A DNA stretch of 64,000 nucleotides from a virus (taxonomy: Duplodnaviria > Caudoviricetes), in the IMG/VR virus record IMGVR_UViG_3300043466_003828, positions 1,036 to 65,035 of that record; one strand, given 5' to 3'. Position numbers and translations under genes: made by a program. Under the pieces are notes generated by a model. The model was not told where the DNA came from. It did not search any database and was given only the letters and a program-made list of their open reading frames with translations. Of this stretch, positions 58,697 through 64,000 are shown piece after piece; within the stretch, counting starts at the first letter, position 1, and every line of letters starts with the position of its first letter.

Positions 58697-59707
58697 TTAG
58701 TTACTGAAGTCTTTAACATAAGTTGAATAAAAATTTGAACCAATTCTTAGTACTGTATAAATATCAACCCTGCTTTGTTGTAAAGTTAATGAAGGAGTTA
58801 CGCCGCCTGGGAACTTATATGCAAAATTAAATGCCATATTGTTGCTTCCACTAGGACTTTGTTGAATTTCAATAATAATACTATCTCCATTAACCATATT
58901 AATAGGCGCGTTTAGCGTTGCCGTGGCCCCAGCAACTCCAGTTAAAACATATTCAAAAACCCGTGCTTCATTTGCGTCTGGAGTAAAATTATTTCCAGTA
59001 AAAGATCTTATGTTTCTTAGAAAATAAACAGGTTGGCCACTAACTTGGGGCGTAGTCGTAAAGTTTTTAAGGCCACTGACTGTTTGATTACCTGTAGTAA
59101 ACATTATGTTACTAGATGAAGAATTTACATAGCCGCTTAGGTTGTTAATGTTAGTTTGTAGCGTAGAACCAGTAGAAGCGAGGTTGGCTGGAGTAGCCGC
59201 TTCACCACTTAAAACAACGCCTGTTTCGTTAACTAATAAACGCTGATTTGTTCTCCATTGGCCAGATAAAACTCTATCTGTCCAAACAAGAGTGGCATCG
59301 CTTAACCCTGTCGGACTTGCCGTATTACCCGCTGTTAGGTATCCTTTTTTAGTGATAAAACCTCCAGCACCAAAAACAATGCCGTATCCATAAGGAGATG
59401 GGGCCGTTCCTGCCCTATATATAACAGTCGATCCATTACCAGACTCTATAAATATTTTAGTACCTAAATCCGTTGCAAAAACTCCCGCGTTACCTAAATT
59501 TATAGTTTTACTACCTTCCGTATTTGTTATTGTGAGTGGGGTTGAATTGCCGCTTAAAACAGTTGCCCCAAGAAAAGTTTTATTTCCAGTGATGGTTTGA
59601 TCACCAGTCGTAAAAACAACTGATCCCGTAACTGGGACTGGTAGGTAACCAGTCAACTGAGACTTTAAAGCATACCTACATAAATCATCATAATTAGGTA
59701 GTGGCAT
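58697..59707 (-). CDS. Tail fibre-like protein
   Basis: Repeated FTTG(D/N)QT(I/V)(T/S)G.K.F fibre motif and a C-terminal beta-sandwich (YKFPGG..PSLT..DIYT). Confidence 0.7.
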   Translation of the reverse strand: MPLPNYDDLCRYALKSQLTGYLPVPVTGSVVFTTGDQTITGNKTFLGATVLSGNSTPLTITNTEGSKTINLGNAGVFATDLGTKIFIESGNGSTVIYRAGTAPSPYGYGIVFGAGGFITKKGYLTAGNTASPTGLSDATLVWTDRVLSGQWRTNQRLLVNETGVVLSGEAATPANLASTGSTLQTNINNLSGYVNSSSSNIMFTTGNQTVSGLKNFTTTPQVSGQPVYFLRNIRSFTGNNFTPDANEARVFEYVLTGVAGATATLNAPINMVNGDSIIIEIQQSPSGSNNMAFNFAYKFPGGVTPSLTLQQSRVDIYTVLRIGSNFYSTYVKDFSN

Positions 59708-59720
59708 AAAAAAGAAAAGT

Positions 59721-60998
59721 TTATCTACTTATTTCTTCCCAGTCCATTGTTGCCAATATTTTAGCTGGACTGCCTCCAGTAGCCGTGCCAGCGGATATAA
59801 CTAGTGTTAATTCTTGAGCGGCTCCAGTGAGGCCATTACGTTCTAGCTGAAATTTAAAAAGAGCTTCCTTTAAAATATCAAGCGTTGGATTGGCCTGATT
59901 AGTTTGACTAATAAATCCTGCCGCTAAAATTCTACCACCAGAAAGAGTTGTTGCATCCATTTTATATTCTACAGCAGAATTATTGCCAGCACTTAACCAA
60001 GTGCCACTGCCGCCACTAGTGGTAGCATTTGCAACTACTTTCCATTTAAAGTTGCCACTTGATACTGGTAAGATGCTCAGCGCAGTAAGAATTACAATAG
60101 CATCCAATCTGCTTGATTTTAGTCTAATAGTAATTACAGGATAATCAGTATTAGTTGTGGTTATTAATTCATAAGGAACAGTTACATCCTGACCAATTGC
60201 CTGTTGTAACCCCCTTAATTCATAGCCACCTTCTGAAATCACAGACGAACACACTTGCTTTAATGTACTTGGCCCACTAGTGGCAGATGTGTTTATTATT
60301 TCATATCTCAATGGCAATGAAGCAGTAGTGATATAGGTCGAATCAATAATATTCGCATGATGAAAAGTATGACAAACAATAAATTTACCATTAATAATAA
60401 ATCCCATACGCACTGATCCAAGACCAAGCCATTCAACGTCCATCCATAAAATTTGCGCCTTACTTATATCTAGTGTTAATCCAGAAGCTCCCTTTCCATC
60501 TAATTTATCCCCATTCCAATTTGATTTTAATACCCTTGTTTCAGTGGCCGGAGAGCCGTTTATCAAACTACGCTCTACAAAATTTAAATTATTACCATCT
60601 AACTCTAGATACATGCCATTGTCTTGGCCAAAATAACCCACTCTTTGTCTTAAACCAGTTTTTGCTGGCGACATAACGAATGTGTTGAAAATCAATAAAG
60701 ATTTGCCCGGCTGATAAGAGAAAACTTTTGTTGTCTCTTTGGTCACAAAAGATCCAGAAGCGTTGGTTACCCTCATCTCAACCAGTCCTTGATTTTGATT
60801 GAAAACACCACTACCACTAACACCACTAGCAATAGACCAAAGATTGTTATCAGCATATCTATGAGAGGAATCAAATAGAGTTAATGGCTGGGCTACTCTT
60901 AAACGACCAAATGCATCTACTGCGCCATCTGGATAACCAGCTATATTAACATAATTGGGATTAGAGGTTTGAAAATACGTTTCGACTCTATTGATCAT
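59721..60998 (-). CDS. Putative virion structural protein (lectin/jelly-roll-like)
   Basis: DAFGRLRV, YQPGKS, WNGDKLDG, EWLGLG.VR, SVISEGG. Confidence 0.7.
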   Translation of the reverse strand: MINRVETYFQTSNPNYVNIAGYPDGAVDAFGRLRVAQPLTLFDSSHRYADNNLWSIASGVSGSGVFNQNQGLVEMRVTNASGSFVTKETTKVFSYQPGKSLLIFNTFVMSPAKTGLRQRVGYFGQDNGMYLELDGNNLNFVERSLINGSPATETRVLKSNWNGDKLDGKGASGLTLDISKAQILWMDVEWLGLGSVRMGFIINGKFIVCHTFHHANIIDSTYITTASLPLRYEIINTSATSGPSTLKQVCSSVISEGGYELRGLQQAIGQDVTVPYELITTTNTDYPVITIRLKSSRLDAIVILTALSILPVSSGNFKWKVVANATTSGGSGTWLSAGNNSAVEYKMDATTLSGGRILAAGFISQTNQANPTLDILKEALFKFQLERNGLTGAAQELTLVISAGTATGGSPAKILATMDWEEISR

Positions 60999-61002
60999 AC
61001 AG

Positions 61003-61012
61003 TATATTACAC
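61003..61012 (-). promoter_or_regulatory. Putative late-promoter motif GTGTAATATA
   Basis: Just upstream of the ATG of 60998(-). The same motif recurs before other structural genes. Confidence 0.6.
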
Positions 61013-61081
61013 AGTTTTTAGAAAAAATTAATTTTTAAAAAAATACTTGCTTAACTGTAAAAATAGGATTACTATGGACGA

Positions 61082-61597
61082 ATGAAGAACACTGAAAAAA
61101 CACAGAAACTTGGCTGGCTACAGGCGGGAGATACGTTTGAAATCCCTTCTCTGAAAGACTTGATGCGAAATTTGAAGGTTTTGTCTACAAACGAGTCGAG
61201 CACTTCTGTACAGGGAGATCGTCGTGACAGCGTTAACGACGAGTGGAGAAGTTTCAGGTTCCCAATTTCAAACGATGTAAATGTGATCGTTGTTGAAAGA
61301 AATCCGATTAAAGAGACAGTTGACGAAAACGGTTCGAAAAAAATCGAGGAAAAACAGGTTGAGACAAAGGCCACGAAGCGCGGCAGGGGTAGACCATCAA
61401 ATCACGTGAAGTCACTAAACGAAATGAGTGGAACCTCTGGAGAGTTTACAGTTAATGATATTGTTTCCAAGAATGGCGTTAAAGAGTATCAGGCGCACAA
61501 TTTAGTGAGGAGTGCCCTTAAGCAAGGCAAGGTGACGGTGGTGAAGGAAATCTCTGGTGGCAGGGGAAAGCCGAGGAAGGTTTATCGTCTAGCTTAA
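61082..61597 (+). CDS. DNA-binding protein with AT-hook and C-terminal winged helix
   Basis: KRGRGRP AT-hook, FTVNDI helix region and GRGKPRKVY wing. Promoter TTGCTT-17-TACTAT-6-ATG. Confidence 0.65.
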   Translation: MKNTEKTQKLGWLQAGDTFEIPSLKDLMRNLKVLSTNESSTSVQGDRRDSVNDEWRSFRFPISNDVNVIVVERNPIKETVDENGSKKIEEKQVETKATKRGRGRPSNHVKSLNEMSGTSGEFTVNDIVSKNGVKEYQAHNLVRSALKQGKVTVVKEISGGRGKPRKVYRLA

Positions 61598-61611
61598 TTA
61601 ATTAAATTAAT

Positions 61612-62031
61612 ATGGAATATAAATATACTCCAGAAAACATAACCTCGTTGGATAAAAATGAGGTTTTTGTTTTTGGTAGTAACCTTGCTGGAATTCATGG
61701 GGCCGGTGCCGCAAAACTTGCCCATACTAATTTTGGCGCAATATATGGAAAGGGAAATGGCATTCAAGGACAATCCTACGCCATTCCAACAAAAGACTTT
61801 GCAATAGAAACACTTGAGTATACTAATATTGAAAAACATGTTCAAGACTTTATTACTTTTGCCAGAGAAAATCCTAAAAAAATCTTTCTAGTTACTCTAA
61901 TTGGTTGCGGATTGGCTGGATATAACCCAAAAGATATCGCGCCATTATTTTACTCTGTTCCATTGAATGTAATTTTACCAAAAGAATTCGCCAGCGATGC
62001 CTACAACAAGAGATTCTTTAATGAAGATTAA
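61612..62031 (+). CDS. Macro-domain-like phage protein (A1S_2505-like)
   Basis: EVFVFGSNLAGIHGAGAA, GQSYAIPT, VTLIGCGLAG. Confidence 0.75.
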   Translation: MEYKYTPENITSLDKNEVFVFGSNLAGIHGAGAAKLAHTNFGAIYGKGNGIQGQSYAIPTKDFAIETLEYTNIEKHVQDFITFARENPKKIFLVTLIGCGLAGYNPKDIAPLFYSVPLNVILPKEFASDAYNKRFFNED

Positions 62032-62707
62032 ATATAAACTAAAAAATATTGGTGAGAATATTTTTCTCTGCACAATAAATAATCATTACGATCTTTGCAT
62101 GACGTTTTGTCGTAGTCAAGAGTTTTACGAATCGCCATACAAAGCAATTCGAGGCAAAAATTTTAAACTTTTAGACTTTATGAGCCTTTACGCAAAGGAT
62201 AGTGAAGATGGGGTTTTCACATACCCGGCGGATTGGGTTGGATTTAATATACCAAGCAATGTTTTGGAAAATCTTTACTATAATCCTATTCAAGATATTA
62301 ATGATTATGATCATACTGTAAAAGAAATACTGACCAAAATCGGTAAAAATCTAAAAACCAAGGATAAGCGTTACTATTTAATTGCCGCTGTGCCCAACGA
62401 TATTGAAACAATTTCACACGAAATTGCACATGCATTATACAATCTAAATAAAAACTATAAAAAAGACATGGATGCCCTGACAGATAGCATACCAAAACCA
62501 ATATACGTTAAACTTTTAGACACTCTTTTTGCCCTTGGCTATTGCAAACAAGTAGCTAAAGATGAAATTCAAGCTTATTTTTCGAATGATTCTTACATGT
62601 TTAATGACAATTTAAAACTCAAGGACAGAAAAAAACTTAAGAAATTTGAGTTACAGTATAAAAGCATATATAATAAATACAAAACCAGTCTTAAAATAAA
62701 GATTTAA
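62021..62707 (+). CDS. HExxH-motif hypothetical protein
   Basis: FCRSQEFYESP, WVGFNIP, ISHEIAHALY, DEIQAY. ATG 62021 is the likely start. Confidence 0.65.
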   Translation: MKIKYKLKNIGENIFLCTINNHYDLCMTFCRSQEFYESPYKAIRGKNFKLLDFMSLYAKDSEDGVFTYPADWVGFNIPSNVLENLYYNPIQDINDYDHTVKEILTKIGKNLKTKDKRYYLIAAVPNDIETISHEIAHALYNLNKNYKKDMDALTDSIPKPIYVKLLDTLFALGYCKQVAKDEIQAYFSNDSYMFNDNLKLKDRKKLKKFELQYKSIYNKYKTSLKIKI

Positions 62708-62790
62708 TGAGCAGTGGAGGAATTGGTAAACTCGGAGGTCTTTGGAACCTCTGTCGTAAGACGCTGAACGTTCAAGTCGTTCCTGCTCAG
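62708..62790 (+). tRNA. tRNA-Gln(TTG) with long variable arm
   Basis: Acceptor TGAGCAG/CTGCTCA, discriminator G, anticodon arm GAGGT-CTTTGGA-ACCTC, 14-nt variable region with a GTAA-capped stem, T arm GAACG-TTCAAGT-CGTTC. CCA not encoded. Confidence 0.85.
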
Positions 62791-62837
62791 CTTTATATTT
62801 TTATTCATATTATGAAAATTAATGTGTATTAATTAAT

Positions 62838-63038
62838 ATGACTACCGCTTCAAATAACAGCGTTGAAAAATGGAGTGGTTTTTATAAAACATCAGACGAA
62901 GCACAGGCATCTCTTGAAAAACAAGTTAAAACGATGGCTTTAAAAAAATTAATTATTTCTGCCAAAAAGGAACTCATATTGCAGAATAAAAATCCGATGC
63001 TTTTGTATAAATTTACAGTGGTTACCGCCGTTAAATAG
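62838..63038 (+). CDS. Hypothetical protein
   Basis: 66 aa preceded by a GTGTATTA motif. Confidence 0.5.
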   Translation: MTTASNNSVEKWSGFYKTSDEAQASLEKQVKTMALKKLIISAKKELILQNKNPMLLYKFTVVTAVK

Positions 63039-63099
63039 TTTAGCGATTTTTCTCATAAAAATTGCTTTACTTTTTTTATTTTTATGTGTAAATACCTGA

Positions 63100-63816
63100 G
63101 TGAAAACATACAAACCATCATATATAGACCAATTATCTAAAGAGGAGTTTGGTAATATAATTAAGCAATGCTTTTCTCGTAAGGAGTTTTTTATCAAAGT
63201 AAATATGAGGTTAAGTGGCGCCTCATGTAAAATACTTAATCGTCGCATTGTAGAAGATAATATAGACATTTCTCACTTTAAAAGTCCTAGTCTCTTAAGA
63301 AAAAATAATGGAGAAGTTCCTTTGCATGAACTTTTAGTAAATAATTCTAGATACGTAAGTTCTAGTAGTTTAAAAATAAAAATAATTAAAGCTGGATTAA
63401 TTGAATACAAATGCCTAATTTGTGGCAATAATGGCAATCATTTAGGAAAACCCTTAGTACTACAATTAGACCACATTAATGGAGAGAGAAATGATAACCG
63501 AATAGAAAATTTAAGAATATTATGTCCTAATTGCCATACACAAACAGAAACTTTTTGCGGGAAACATAAGAAAAAAAGAGAAAAAATTCCAAGCTATTGT
63601 GGTAAATGTGGGAGTGTTAAATATAAAAAAGCAACTAATTGTAAAAAATGCGCTGTTTATCCCGGTAAAATAAATTGGCCAGATAAATCCGCCTTAATTT
63701 TAATGCTGAAAAACTACCCAATGACAAAAATTGGTAAAATCTTAGGAGTTAGTGATAACGCGATAAGGAAACATTGTATAAAAAATAATATTGACTATAA
63801 GGTAAAAAATATCTAA
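63100..63816 (+). CDS. HNH homing endonuclease between tRNA genes
   Basis: CLICG, LQLDHING..DNRIENLRILCPNCH, extra CxxC pairs and a C-terminal HTH (GVSDNAIRK). Confidence 0.9.
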   Translation: MKTYKPSYIDQLSKEEFGNIIKQCFSRKEFFIKVNMRLSGASCKILNRRIVEDNIDISHFKSPSLLRKNNGEVPLHELLVNNSRYVSSSSLKIKIIKAGLIEYKCLICGNNGNHLGKPLVLQLDHINGERNDNRIENLRILCPNCHTQTETFCGKHKKKREKIPSYCGKCGSVKYKKATNCKKCAVYPGKINWPDKSALILMLKNYPMTKIGKILGVSDNAIRKHCIKNNIDYKVKNI

Positions 63817-63829
63817 TATATTACATATA

Positions 63830-63908
63830 GCGCGATTTGGATAGCGGCGATTCCACCAGATTTACATTCTGGTTTTCATCGGGGGTTCGAGTCCCTCATC
63901 GCGTACCA
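63830..63908 (+). tRNA. tRNA-Val(TAC)
   Basis: Acceptor GCGCGAT/ATCGCGT, A73 and encoded CCA, anticodon arm CCAGA-TTTACAT-TCTGG, T arm GGGGG-TTCGAGT-CCCTC, 8-nt variable region. Confidence 0.85.
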
Positions 63909-63917
63909 ATTTTAATT

Positions 63918-64000
63918 ATGAACGCACATATCAAGGCTATTATTAAGTGTAAGAATAATAAGGAGTTTCCTTTTGATTCAGTAGTTGTTATAAAAGAAGA
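63918..64000 (+). CDS. Partial ORF (3' truncated)
   Basis: ATG after the tRNA, open to the window end. Confidence 0.4.
   Translation, partial: MNAHIKAIIKCKNNKEFPFDSVVVIKE

Noticed and set aside
54840-60998. Diversity-generating retroelement acting on the fibre/propeller genes
   Set aside because: No reverse transcriptase and no adenine-variable template/variable repeat pair was seen in the window.
1390-62501. Many short antisense or nested ORFs in the track (e.g. 1415-1681, 6641-6940, 16661-17152, 40206-40667, 55594-55899)
   Set aside because: They lie inside well-supported genes on another strand or frame and have no motifs, so they are treated as shadow ORFs.
1-64000. Alternative genetic code (stop-codon reassignment)
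   Set aside because: Conserved genes are full length in code 11, and all three stops end genes at expected positions.
1-64000. Host assignment
   Set aside because: Promoter style argues against Bacteroidota-type promoters, but nothing visible identifies the host without database searches.

Overview
This is an AT-rich, densely coding segment of a large tailed dsDNA bacteriophage genome in the standard genetic code (TAA, TAG and TGA all end ORFs). It has no ribosomal, rRNA or CRISPR loci. In order, the window contains: (1) a class Id-type ribonucleotide reductase pair; (2) a ~12 kb sugar-nucleotide and glycosyltransferase cluster with a recA-like gene inside it; (3) a replication block with dNMP kinase, DnaB helicase, primase, dCMP deaminase, PD-(D/E)XK nuclease, ClpP and a DnaE-type polymerase split into PHP, DEDDh-exonuclease and core genes; (4) probable internal-head proteins, a VWA-metallopeptidase/AAA pair, a MazG-like pyrophosphatase and thyX; (5) minus-strand virion genes rich in [ST]G dipeptides, next to a GT60-like polypeptide GlcNAc transferase; (6) a strongly CG-depleted array of small genes, many behind leaderless sigma70-type promoters, several of which are near-identical repeats; (7) cysC, a SemiSWEET-like gene and a T4 beta-glucosyltransferase-like gene; (8) two atypical tRNAs around an HNH endonuclease. 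The best leads are a possible phage virion O-glycosylation system, a DNA-glycosylation enzyme, the leaderless promoter-cassette array, a GTGTAA late-promoter motif and a tRNA-Gln(UUG) on a Leu-like long-variable-arm body. All calls come from reading motifs by eye; no searches were run and counts are manual.
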